The position numbers and the translations under genes were made by a program. A DNA stretch of 57,157 bases from a virus (lineage: Duplodnaviria > Caudoviricetes). Position 1 is the stretch's first letter. The number at the start of each line of letters is the position of its first letter. The notes beneath the pieces are model-generated. The model did not search any database. It was given only the letters and a program-made list of their open reading frames with translations, and was not told the DNA's origin. The stretch is from positions 1 through 57,157 of the IMG/VR virus record IMGVR_UViG_3300046103_001141. One strand, written 5' to 3'. Of the stretch, positions 35,655-45,000 are shown piece by piece.

Positions 35655-37534
35655 TATTCGTCTCCTGGATCACCAAATGGATTAGTTTCAGAAAAATCCA
35701 AGAAATCTAATGTAGTACCACTAACATTAGCAGCAAATTCTTCATTCTGTTCATTTGAAGAAATTTTATTAACTTCTTTTACTGATAAAATTTCTGTTCT
35801 AAATCCATTATCAGCACCAACAACATCTGAGTCTGATCCAATTGAAAAAGTATGATACTTACCATCATCAGCACCCACATGAACTAAAGACATTACACCA
35901 GTTTCTGAATTAAAATTAGTTATTTCACCTCTAAGTTTAGTGGTTGCTAATTGATGAGATATTTTCTCACCAACAGAATATTTTGCCAAAATCGGTGGGG
36001 CAATCCAAATTGAGGGTGATCCAAGACTTAGATCATAATATTTTCCCCTAGCCGTTATTGTTACTCCTGATATTGTTCTATTTGGAGATACAGTAGAAAA
36101 TCCAGCCGCCCTGAAATGGTTACTGTCTCCAGTTGCACTATCAAAAATTACTGTCGGCAATTCCGTATAAAATCTTCCAGGATTAGTCATTGTAGCAGAT
36201 AAAATACTATTATCACTATCAACTGGATTCATATTTGCAACGGCAGTGGCTGTAAAATCAGTGGCGACTTTGGTTGGGGCTGAGATAATTACTGTTGGGG
36301 CATCTGTATAAAAATTTCCAGAATCTGTTATAGTTAAAGATGATAAAACCGCATTGGTTATCACTGGTAATGCACTAGCAGTGAAGTCACTTGCTATCTT
36401 TTCTGGTGCGGAAATAGTCACACTGGGTGGAGAAGTATAAAAATCTCCAGAATCTGTAATAGTCACAGTAGATACCACATTGTCAACTATCACTAAACTC
36501 GCACTCGCGGTAAAATTGCTTGATGGTAGCGTTGGAGCAGAAATCATAATAGTCGGTGCGCTAGAATAAAAATCTCCAGAGTCAGTAATCAACACAGAAT
36601 TTAATCTGTTGTTGGCTACAGTGCCTGTAGCAGTCGCGGTAAAATCGCTTAATGGTAGCGTTGGTGCCGAAACCGTAACAGTCGGTGGTGAAGTATATCC
36701 ACTTCCAGAATCTGTGATTAAGACACTGGAGAGTCTACTATTAACTATTGTTGCACTTGCACTTGCAGTTGAACCACCAACAGAATCAAATGCCGAAATA
36801 GTTATTGTTGGTGGTGATGAAACATCATAAAGTTTGCCAGCATTAGTTATTGTTAAACCAGAAACTTTATTGGTTGTATCATCATATTGTAACGATAATG
36901 TTGCTTGCTTATTACTATCACCAGTTGGTTGCGAAACGGTTATGGTTGGTGGTGTAGAACTGTCATAAAATTTACCCACATTAGTTATCGTCAAAGTAGA
37001 AACTTTATTAGACAATATTGAAGATGTAACTAACGCTTGTTTATCATTATCCAATGGAGCCGCTATCGTTATATTTGCTGTGCCAGCACTATCACTATCA
37101 TAAAATTTACCAGCATTAGTTATTGTTAAACCAGAAACTTTATTAGACAATATTGACGATGTAACTAACGCTTGTTTATCACTTGAATCTGTGGGTGGTG
37201 ATATTGTTAAAGTAACTGTACTAGAACTGTCATAAAATTTACCAGCAGTAGTGACCGAAAAAGAACTTACTTTATCCCCCTCCAATATTGCCGATACTAA
37301 CGCTTGTTTATTACTTGAATCCGTGGGTGGTGATATTGTAATATTTGGCGCACTCAGATAATGTGATCCAGCGGTAACAACTCCAATTGATATTGTTGTA
37401 GCAGCACTATCTAAGGCTGGGCGCATAACTGCTTTGAGTATTGGAATAGTTGGTGCTGCAACTATTATTAATGGTGCAGAATCATATCCGAAACCACCAT
37501 CAGTGATCGCACCACTTTGAATATAAGTAGCCAT
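35654..37534 (-). CDS. C-terminal part of split neck protein gp14 with repeated beta modules
   Basis: About 11 repeats of ..ATA...V.S..IT..G..Y.S.P.(V/I)TI..P; ends with gp14-type QNEEF...LDFSETNPFGD. Confidence 0.8.
   Translation of the reverse strand: MATYIQSGAITDGGFGYDSAPLIIVAAPTIPILKAVMRPALDSAATTISIGVVTAGSHYLSAPNITISPPTDSSNKQALVSAILEGDKVSSFSVTTAGKFYDSSSTVTLTISPPTDSSDKQALVTSSILSNKVSGLTITNAGKFYDSDSAGTANITIAAPLDNDKQALVTSSILSNKVSTLTITNVGKFYDSSTPPTITVSQPTGDSNKQATLSLQYDDTTNKVSGLTITNAGKLYDVSSPPTITISAFDSVGGSTASASATIVNSRLSSVLITDSGSGYTSPPTVTVSAPTLPLSDFTATATGTVANNRLNSVLITDSGDFYSSAPTIMISAPTLPSSNFTASASLVIVDNVVSTVTITDSGDFYTSPPSVTISAPEKIASDFTASALPVITNAVLSSLTITDSGNFYTDAPTVIISAPTKVATDFTATAVANMNPVDSDNSILSATMTNPGRFYTELPTVIFDSATGDSNHFRAAGFSTVSPNRTISGVTITARGKYYDLSLGSPSIWIAPPILAKYSVGEKISHQLATTKLRGEITNFNSETGVMSLVHVGADDGKYHTFSIGSDSDVVGADNGFRTEILSVKEVNKISSNEQNEEFAANVSGTTLDFLDFSETNPFGDPGDE
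36100..37450 (-). repeat. Two blocks of ~120-nt degenerate tandem repeats
   Basis: Block A: KQALVTSSILSNKVSGLTITNAGKFYDS; block B: FTA.A.....LSSVLITDSGDFY.SAPT..ISAP; near-identical DNA copies. Confidence 0.8.
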
Positions 37535-38139
37535 TATATCACTCCTATATTAGCAGTCGCAGTTGCTTGTTTAGGAATTTTTAAGGTAAGTTCATAAGTA
37601 TAAGCATCTGTTGCCTCAAGTTCATTAAGAACAACCAAACTAGTATCAAATGATTCATCATTATAAACAAATAATTCACATCGCATTTTATATGTCGGTA
37701 AATTGCTTAAAGCATAAAATGGCTGTTCATGCTCAACATGCATTATTTCAAACATAGATTTTGATAAAGGTAAATATATTAAATCACCTTCTGCTGGTCG
37801 GTCTATTTGATCTATATCGTTAGTCGTTTGACCAACTAGGTTTCTCCACCTTCTTCTAGCAACTATAAATGTAGCAGCATCACGTATTTCTACGCCAAAC
37901 TTTGTAAACAGATCACCTTCACCATCAAAACCCTCAGTATTTTCAATATACATTTCTATTTTGTATGAAGAATTAAATGCTGATGGGACATCATCACCAA
38001 AAACTTTATTTTCATTAACGATGGTTCTAGGAAGATAATAAACGTCTTGCCCATAAGTTTTAAGAGACTCTATAACGATATCTTCATAAAGATTTTGTTC
38101 GCTTCTTACTGTTTGAGAAATATAATGATTAGTTGTCAT
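37534..38139 (-). CDS. gp14: Neck protein gp14, N-terminal core
   Basis: EQNLYEDIVIES...YG.DVYYLPR, IEMY.EN.EGF.G, KFG.EIRD, RP.EGDLIY.PL, FEI..VEHE.PFY. Confidence 0.93.
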   Translation of the reverse strand: MTTNHYISQTVRSEQNLYEDIVIESLKTYGQDVYYLPRTIVNENKVFGDDVPSAFNSSYKIEMYIENTEGFDGEGDLFTKFGVEIRDAATFIVARRRWRNLVGQTTNDIDQIDRPAEGDLIYLPLSKSMFEIMHVEHEQPFYALSNLPTYKMRCELFVYNDESFDTSLVVLNELEATDAYTYELTLKIPKQATATANIGVI

Positions 38140-38142
38140 ATT

Positions 38143-38901
38143 TTAACCCACCATAAAATCAGGTGGCATTTCTTGTTCCAGCCTCATTCGTTCTTCAAGT
38201 CTATCTCTATCTTGTATCGCATCATCATATATTTGTCTACCATTTAATGTGACACCACCTGGCATTTGCATATTTTCAAATTTTATAAGGTTTGACCCCC
38301 ATTGAATTTTTATCAAACAAGTTGCATAATCTTTTAGAAACCTATCATTATAAACAGAAACATTTGTATCTGGATCAATAATTTGCAACACTTCTACAAC
38401 CAAATAATCACCTGCTTTTATATCACCGTTTTGCCACTCACCGTGAATATGAAGTCTATTCTCTCTGCGTGAATAGCCTACTTGTGGAATACCATTCAAT
38501 TTAGTATCAATCAATGCCAAGTGTTGTTGCATTTGTTCATAATACATTAAATCCCCAATAAAACTACCCATATCAGCAACATCGTTTAACATCATTTGGT
38601 ATTTAATATCAAAGAAATTTGAAGTATTGCCAGCAGTAATAATAGGAAATAATTTTGTTACATAAATTACGCTTGAAGGTATTGGAATATATTTGTTTGT
38701 AACATCGTCAGAAGTAACGAGATGTTTTAAATATGTCCTATGTGTGGCATCTGAGTGAAATTCTTGATAAAAATCAATTGCGTCATCAATACGATCTTCT
38801 ACTTGGTCTGTCGCAACATTGATCTCAATCACTGGTGAGCCTAATCTTCTCAAACAGTAATCTATCAATTCATCTCTGGTGTCGGGTCTATTTGATGACA
38901 T
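38143..38901 (-). CDS. gp13: Neck protein
   Basis: ELIDYCLRRLG.PVIEINV...Q..DRIDDA, FLKDY.T.LIK.QWG.NL.KF, PGGVTLNG. Confidence 0.96.
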   Translation of the reverse strand: MSSNRPDTRDELIDYCLRRLGSPVIEINVATDQVEDRIDDAIDFYQEFHSDATHRTYLKHLVTSDDVTNKYIPIPSSVIYVTKLFPIITAGNTSNFFDIKYQMMLNDVADMGSFIGDLMYYEQMQQHLALIDTKLNGIPQVGYSRRENRLHIHGEWQNGDIKAGDYLVVEVLQIIDPDTNVSVYNDRFLKDYATCLIKIQWGSNLIKFENMQMPGGVTLNGRQIYDDAIQDRDRLEERMRLEQEMPPDFMVG

Positions 38902-38933
38902 AGTGTTTCCTAATTAAATAGTTTATTCACTTC

Positions 38934-38941
38934 TATTTATA
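38934..38941 (-). promoter_or_regulatory. T4-type late promoter for gp13
   Basis: TATAAATA. Confidence 0.75.
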
Positions 38942-38970
38942 TAGATTTTAATCTCAACATATTATTAAAA

Positions 38971-39360
38971 TTATCCATAAGACCAAGACTGTGCTTCTGG
39001 TCCCGTTGGTGTCCCACCACCACCACCGCCTTCAGAAATATCTGGTGGAGTGAATATGGAACCAACCTTGATTATATTATGTCCTATTACATCAGGAGTA
39101 TATTTTCCAATGATGTCCGAGAAAAAATCAGAATCACGCGAAACAAATGTTGTATTAATACTAGCATTATTTACATTACTACCACCAGCACTATTGACAG
39201 TATGACTATCGCCATTTATTTGTAATATCGCACTAATCTCAGAATATACCCAACTAGAATTTACATCACTAACTTTAATACTAAACCTATCATTAAATAC
39301 TTTAATATCTGGTTTTTGTGATGCGTTTATTCTAGTGAGTTGATTAACAATAGATGACAT
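38971..39360 (-). CDS. Hypothetical virion-associated protein (129 aa)
   Basis: Co-oriented in late cluster; Gly linker and short aromatic C-terminus. Confidence 0.7.
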   Translation of the reverse strand: MSSIVNQLTRINASQKPDIKVFNDRFSIKVSDVNSSWVYSEISAILQINGDSHTVNSAGGSNVNNASINTTFVSRDSDFFSDIIGKYTPDVIGHNIIKVGSIFTPPDISEGGGGGGTPTGPEAQSWSYG

Positions 39361-39369
39361 TATGACTAC

Positions 39370-41232
39370 CTACGACAATTGTACATTTGTTAATATATCA
39401 CTTGTACCTGATCCAGTTATAATAATTGCTTCATTCACATCAGCAGAAGTACTAGTAGTTACAGTTGCGGTTGTTGCCCCACCACTAAAAGTCATCGTAC
39501 TTCCCTGAATAGTTAAATTAACACTTACTGCCATTCTAGCACCATCCATATTATATGCACTAACTCCAACAGTAGAATTTATATTTGAACCAGCGTAGTT
39601 ATAAGTGCTATCAGCAGGTGTTACTGCCACTCTCACTGGAGTTGCATTAGATAGTAAATGAATATCAACTGGTACATCATCTCTGGTTCCACCAACAGCC
39701 CAAATTCTATCTGTTGAGTCTCTTCCTACAGCATTAAATGACTCATTAATTGTAGAAGTTAGTACCCACCCATCAGTATTATTCCAATTATAAATTTTAA
39801 ATGCATTTTCACTAAAAGTTCCTAATTTAGTTCTAGTATCATTTAACCATATAATTTGGTATATTTGAGTGGATGATATTACGTTACTATGATATGTTAA
39901 CGCTGTAGCATCAGAACCACTTACGGCATAAGTTACAAATGTTCTCTTCGTCGGAGTACTAATAGTTACATCTTTTTGACCTTGTAAGGGAAATACTGTT
40001 AAATACCTATTTCCGCTATTAACAAAGGTTTCGTTTATTGCAAGTCCTTTAAGTCTGGCTCTATAAGACGTAGTGCCATCCATATTATTTAACATTCCAC
40101 TACTTAAAGTTCCAGTAATAGTTGAACATTGATCTCTGGTAAAAGTGTCAGCCGAAGTATTCCATTTAAAACACCAAGGGTGATAATTCATACTAGTATC
40201 AAAATATGGTAAATAAAATGCTTTATTTCCAGAACTTGCTGGATCATCAAATACGTGACTTGCCATTTTTGAAATTGTCTCAAATGCACTTGTTGCTCTT
40301 GTTCCACCAGCACTTGTTCCTGTTGCACTAGGTGCAGCAGTAAAATTATGCAAGTCGGTTATAGTGTTTGATGCGACATTGTGTTTTGTAACATACTGTT
40401 GATGATCATTTGTGCTAAAATTATATAAGTATAGTGGATTTCCGTCACTTGTAGTACCTATATATTGTAAAGTATAATAATTCCTCTGTGATGCTGCTAT
40501 CGTTTCTTTAGTTGCACTATGATAATTAGAAAACGAGTTTCTACCAATCTTGACATATTGATATGCATAATTGTAGCGATAATAAGCATATATACTAGAA
40601 ACATAATTTCCAACTTTTACAGTTGATATGTAAGGAAATTCATAATAAGTACTGCTATGACTATATAAGTACTCATCATTTGAAGGTGGTGAATCGTGTA
40701 AATTGTAAGTAGAACCTTTATTATACCAACTAACATTACAATGATAGTTTGAACTCCAGCCCTCATTTCCTAACATTACCACTAATTCATCACTACCATC
40801 AACTATTCTACGCATTCTTGCATTTTCAATAGTTTCATCCATACTCATAAATGGACAAGGGTCCACATTTGACCAATAATAGTCATTATGCCCACCTACA
40901 ACTGCACCATAAGAAGTTCCTGCGGTCATTTTTGGAAGCATTACTGTAAAACCTCCCCCAGCCCTGAAAGTCGATGCACTGATTGAAGTTTCATTATTAT
41001 TTACTATATTAAGCCCACTGTAGCCAGTGCCTGCTGGGTGCATCGCCGTGTTCCCATATGCCATTTGTGGATAATCGTGTTGCTGTTGTGTCAATGCTTC
41101 ATTTGCCATTATAGGAGCAAGTGTGGTTTTGTCATGAGGCTGATGATACAGATAGATCATAGTACTTCCTGCATGTGGACTCTCTATTACAGGAAATTTA
41201 TGTGCCTGATATCCCTTTTTAATTAATGCCAT
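39370..41232 (-). CDS. Hypothetical structural protein (620 aa; beta-rich, probable C-terminal Ig-like domain)
   Basis: S/T/N/Y-rich; AVGRDSTDRIWAV propeller-like blade; follows late promoter. Confidence 0.7.
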   Translation of the reverse strand: MALIKKGYQAHKFPVIESPHAGSTMIYLYHQPHDKTTLAPIMANEALTQQQHDYPQMAYGNTAMHPAGTGYSGLNIVNNNETSISASTFRAGGGFTVMLPKMTAGTSYGAVVGGHNDYYWSNVDPCPFMSMDETIENARMRRIVDGSDELVVMLGNEGWSSNYHCNVSWYNKGSTYNLHDSPPSNDEYLYSHSSTYYEFPYISTVKVGNYVSSIYAYYRYNYAYQYVKIGRNSFSNYHSATKETIAASQRNYYTLQYIGTTSDGNPLYLYNFSTNDHQQYVTKHNVASNTITDLHNFTAAPSATGTSAGGTRATSAFETISKMASHVFDDPASSGNKAFYLPYFDTSMNYHPWCFKWNTSADTFTRDQCSTITGTLSSGMLNNMDGTTSYRARLKGLAINETFVNSGNRYLTVFPLQGQKDVTISTPTKRTFVTYAVSGSDATALTYHSNVISSTQIYQIIWLNDTRTKLGTFSENAFKIYNWNNTDGWVLTSTINESFNAVGRDSTDRIWAVGGTRDDVPVDIHLLSNATPVRVAVTPADSTYNYAGSNINSTVGVSAYNMDGARMAVSVNLTIQGSTMTFSGGATTATVTTSTSADVNEAIIITGSGTSDILTNVQLS

Positions 41233-41246
41233 ATTTTTATCCTATT

Positions 41247-41474
41247 TTATGCTTGAAGTTTATACCATTCAACGGCTTCATTTATATCTACCCAATTACT
41301 TCTACTTCCATCTGGCTTTGGCTTCCATGGCTGAATCATACTAAGAACCGAAGAACCATCTATAATTTCTGAAATTTCCAATATTGATCCATTAAGAACC
41401 GCATCAAATGTGCGAGTTACTGTAATTGAATTGTCGCTATCATCAAAATCTTCATGTGTTTTTGTAAATTGCAT
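41247..41474 (-). CDS. Hypothetical 75-aa protein
   Basis: GGAG SD; late promoter upstream; QPWKP..G.R..W....EA..W. Confidence 0.7.
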   Translation of the reverse strand: MQFTKTHEDFDDSDNSITVTRTFDAVLNGSILEISEIIDGSSVLSMIQPWKPKPDGSRSNWVDINEAVEWYKLQA

Positions 41475-41492
41475 ATTGACTCCACCCCACTC

Positions 41493-41500
41493 TATTTATA
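41493..41500 (-). promoter_or_regulatory. T4-type late promoter
   Basis: TATAAATA. Confidence 0.7.
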
Positions 41501-42182
41501 TATATGTAAACATAACAGTGAGATCAGACCCCGCTGTAGTGCTTCCAATTTGTGTTATATCTACCGTTAAATAATCATCTTCTACTAATGATATGCTAGG
41601 AGAACTATTAACAATTTTTGTTCCACCATCTGCTATTGATAATGTCGCTGCCGAAGAACCATTCTTATTTACTACTATGTTCAGTGTAGCACCAGCAGGT
41701 GCTGTACTAACTCTCGCAACAATTTTGCTTATTGTGTTTGATGCGCCCGGCGAATACCATCTTTTTGTACCAGTAGTAACGATCAACGCACCAGTTTGAA
41801 CCATACTCACTATGCTTGAAGCAGTATCTTGAACTACTCCAGACGTATTAGTTGTTTCTAAAGTTCCTGACGCGGATGCTTTAAGAACTACTGCCGTTGC
41901 ACCAGAACCAATCTTTATAGCAGGAATTACCATTTCACCACTATCACTAGCCGTTAAAGAAACTGTATTCGCACCAGTGCCAATTTCTATTGCAGGCAAT
42001 CCAATCGCACCACCTACGTTTGATGAAATTGATCCACTATCACCTATGTATAATGTACTACCGCTTAAATGTAAATCTTTCCACTTTTTAGTGAATGATC
42101 CTAAATCATAAGCAGAGTCATTGCTAGGAATAAAATCTCCAAACATCTCTCCATTTGCTAATGATCTTCCTTTGGTGGGCAT
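41496..42182 (-). CDS. Short fibre-like protein
   Basis: IP..D.AYDLGS..KKWKDLHLSG fibre motif (also twice in the 1838-aa protein); C-terminal DYLTVDITQIGSTTAGSDL jelly-roll-like domain. Confidence 0.75.
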   Translation of the reverse strand: MPTKGRSLANGEMFGDFIPSNDSAYDLGSFTKKWKDLHLSGSTLYIGDSGSISSNVGGAIGLPAIEIGTGANTVSLTASDSGEMVIPAIKIGSGATAVVLKASASGTLETTNTSGVVQDTASSIVSMVQTGALIVTTGTKRWYSPGASNTISKIVARVSTAPAGATLNIVVNKNGSSAATLSIADGGTKIVNSSPSISLVEDDYLTVDITQIGSTTAGSDLTVMFTYI

Positions 42183-42209
42183 ATTCAGTTATCCTTAATT
42201 ATTCTCTAC

Positions 42210-42217
42210 TATTTATA
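42210..42217 (-). promoter_or_regulatory. T4-type late promoter
   Basis: TATAAATA. Confidence 0.7.
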
Positions 42218-42228
42218 TGATTATCAAT

Positions 42229-45000
42229 TTATATTGGTTTAATAACAAATTTATTTCTTGTGGTATATACATCCATCATTCCATTATTACCTAATGTTAT
42301 AAATTTATCCCCTTCAGGAGTAAAATGAATATCTGCCATATTTTTATTATTTGGTCCAGTTAATAAATATTCATGGGTATTGAATGTGCTATTAGAGAAT
42401 GGATTTGTAATCGTATACTCTCGCAAGAAACCCTTGCTACTTGGACCACCAACAATTATCATCTTATTCTCAGAATCGTTTAATGCCATACCAGTAATCA
42501 GACTATAATCAGGTAATGTTGAAAAAGCAGAATCATATACTGCACTGTAAATTTCATTTGAATCTGATAGATTATACCTATGAACTTTCTGAGCGGTAGT
42601 GCTTCTATTTTCAATAACATACATCTGTTTTCCATCAGAGGTTAATGTTACATCATGCAGCCGATTTGATGAAATATAAGTATCTAAATTTAAGTATTTT
42701 TGTGTTTGTACCGTAACTGCTGAATTTAAATCTGCACTATCATTATTTGCTGCACTGCTATTAGTGAGTTGAAATGATTGTATTTGAGTTTCAGTAGTTT
42801 TCGGAAGATAGATAGTAGTTTCATCCTCATTAAGTTCAAACCCAGCACCACTAGAAACATCTGTTACACCAAGTGTTGATCTTTCTACCTCAAAAGTTGC
42901 AGTTGAAACATCGTAGGGAATTGACATGCTATATTGTCTTGTCACTGAAGAATTTGATAAATAAAATTTTGTTCCAATTCTATTCATTTTAAAATGTTTT
43001 AATCTTGGTGAAGTAACAATTTGAGGTGAACGTCTTGTATATGACCCACTCCAAGGTTGGATTATCCCAGCATCATTTTGCACAGTTGTTATATCATATG
43101 GTGTAGACATTGTAAATTCATAAATGTAATTTGTATCATTATCCCAAATAAATAGAGAACTTCCATCTGGTTTAAGTTCTATTCCCCAACAACTATATAA
43201 TTTTGATTCTGTTACATTATCTGTATTTGGACTTTTTTGACCTATACCATGGCTCACTGTAGCAGTAGGAGTTGCTGATGATATTAACCAAGGAGTTGTT
43301 AATGTGTATTGTTTTAACTGTCCTTTATCATAAGCACATCCCCATAAAATATATAATTTAGTACCATCACCAGAAATTGTAAAGCATTGAGGATATGCGG
43401 AATGTATAAAATCGTATTGAATTTTATACCCAACAATTCTAAGTATTTGGTTTATCAGTATCCGTATTGGGTTTTTGTTAAAATGTGCAGCCCTTCTATA
43501 TGTTGGAAAAGGACTATACCCTTCTGGTAATATTTCTCTGAAGTGTTGAGTAATTGTGGAAAATGTTGAATCAGTTCGTACATATCCTCCACCATATCTA
43601 CTATAAGCATAGGAATTACTTTTGCCGTTAGGCCAATAAAATCTTTTTGTAGATTCAAAAATAGAGAACAACCCTACATAATTTGCAGTGCATATTTGAT
43701 CTTTATGACTTAAATCATGTTGCTTAATTCCATTAGCATCCATAATATAATAATGTTTGCCATCTTTTGATAAATGTGTGGTAAAAGTGTTATCATATAT
43801 ATTTTGTGGAGGAAACCATTGTGTTATAGGATTCCACCAATAGGCATTATAAGTATAGTCTCTAATTTGACTGTTTGCCGATTGAGAAACAGTCACAGGA
43901 TTTTGAATATTTGCGTTTTCATAATAATCAGTTTTATAATATGCAGAATCATCTAATTCATATGGATTTGTAAGATCATATTGGTATATATTATTATGGC
44001 CTTTATCTGCCAAAAATAATCTAGTACCAGAATCGTTAAAATCTAAACCATACAAATTACTTGAATTTATTGCTTCTGTAATACTGTTTGAAATTCCTAA
44101 ATTATTATATATTCCTAATGATTTATCTGGAGTAGACGTTGAGAACAATGAATCAACCCCATAAGGATTGTTAAGATTATATTGATTTACCGTTCTTCCA
44201 CTACTTGAGTTATTCACAGCAAATAATTTTTTACCAGATATATTACCAGTTGACGGTGAAGAATCTACATCATTAAAAACAATCCCTTGGCAATTCGTTA
44301 AAAGTCTTAACGGTGATGATACTTTATATTTTACATCTGGTGCGCCTAATCCAATGTAATCATAAAAATCTGGAATATTCCCAAAGGTAACATGCGCTTG
44401 AGTTGGAGTATATTCAAGTGTAAAATAAAAACTATTTTCAAGATAATTTGAATCTAAATTGCTCTTTTTTGGCAACCCACTTTTTCCACTGCCTGTCGCA
44501 ATTTTTCCAGTAAATTTATAAACATCATTTGTAATTTCTTCTGTATATTCAGAATAATCATAATCTCCTGATGTTCTAGAAAGAATTGGTGTTATTGTAT
44601 ATTCGTTTCCAGAACCAACTAATTTTGAAATTGTTGGATTAAGTCTTTGGTTTGATGGACGATTTGCTACTGACCCCTTAGATACATGTGCAATCCATTC
44701 AGTATCCATGTTAAAAAGATCAACATTATTAAGAATTCCAAGACTTGTACTAGTCAAGTGTTGTACAGTCCAAGTTATAGGATTAGCATCAGAATCGTAT
44801 TTATTGAGACTTACAATAGGTGTGTATGGGTCTGTATTTGGCGAAAAGGTAGAATCAAATGTTGAGAGATATATATCGTCTTTATACTCTACTTTTTTAA
44901 TCTCTTCATGTATAGCACCAACTGTTACATAATTTTGATTAAGATACATTTTAAATTTTCTTGCGTCAGAATCATAATATACTTGATATTCTTCTGGCAT
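42229..45000 (-). CDS. Beta-propeller repeat virion protein
   Basis: Repeated G..F..DG.K.(F/Y)....I.QY.L..P(Y/W).(I/V)S.A blades. Confidence 0.75.
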   Translation of the reverse strand: MPEEYQVYYDSDARKFKMYLNQNYVTVGAIHEEIKKVEYKDDIYLSTFDSTFSPNTDPYTPIVSLNKYDSDANPITWTVQHLTSTSLGILNNVDLFNMDTEWIAHVSKGSVANRPSNQRLNPTISKLVGSGNEYTITPILSRTSGDYDYSEYTEEITNDVYKFTGKIATGSGKSGLPKKSNLDSNYLENSFYFTLEYTPTQAHVTFGNIPDFYDYIGLGAPDVKYKVSSPLRLLTNCQGIVFNDVDSSPSTGNISGKKLFAVNNSSSGRTVNQYNLNNPYGVDSLFSTSTPDKSLGIYNNLGISNSITEAINSSNLYGLDFNDSGTRLFLADKGHNNIYQYDLTNPYELDDSAYYKTDYYENANIQNPVTVSQSANSQIRDYTYNAYWWNPITQWFPPQNIYDNTFTTHLSKDGKHYYIMDANGIKQHDLSHKDQICTANYVGLFSIFESTKRFYWPNGKSNSYAYSRYGGGYVRTDSTFSTITQHFREILPEGYSPFPTYRRAAHFNKNPIRILINQILRIVGYKIQYDFIHSAYPQCFTISGDGTKLYILWGCAYDKGQLKQYTLTTPWLISSATPTATVSHGIGQKSPNTDNVTESKLYSCWGIELKPDGSSLFIWDNDTNYIYEFTMSTPYDITTVQNDAGIIQPWSGSYTRRSPQIVTSPRLKHFKMNRIGTKFYLSNSSVTRQYSMSIPYDVSTATFEVERSTLGVTDVSSGAGFELNEDETTIYLPKTTETQIQSFQLTNSSAANNDSADLNSAVTVQTQKYLNLDTYISSNRLHDVTLTSDGKQMYVIENRSTTAQKVHRYNLSDSNEIYSAVYDSAFSTLPDYSLITGMALNDSENKMIIVGGPSSKGFLREYTITNPFSNSTFNTHEYLLTGPNNKNMADIHFTPEGDKFITLGNNGMMDVYTTRNKFVIKPI

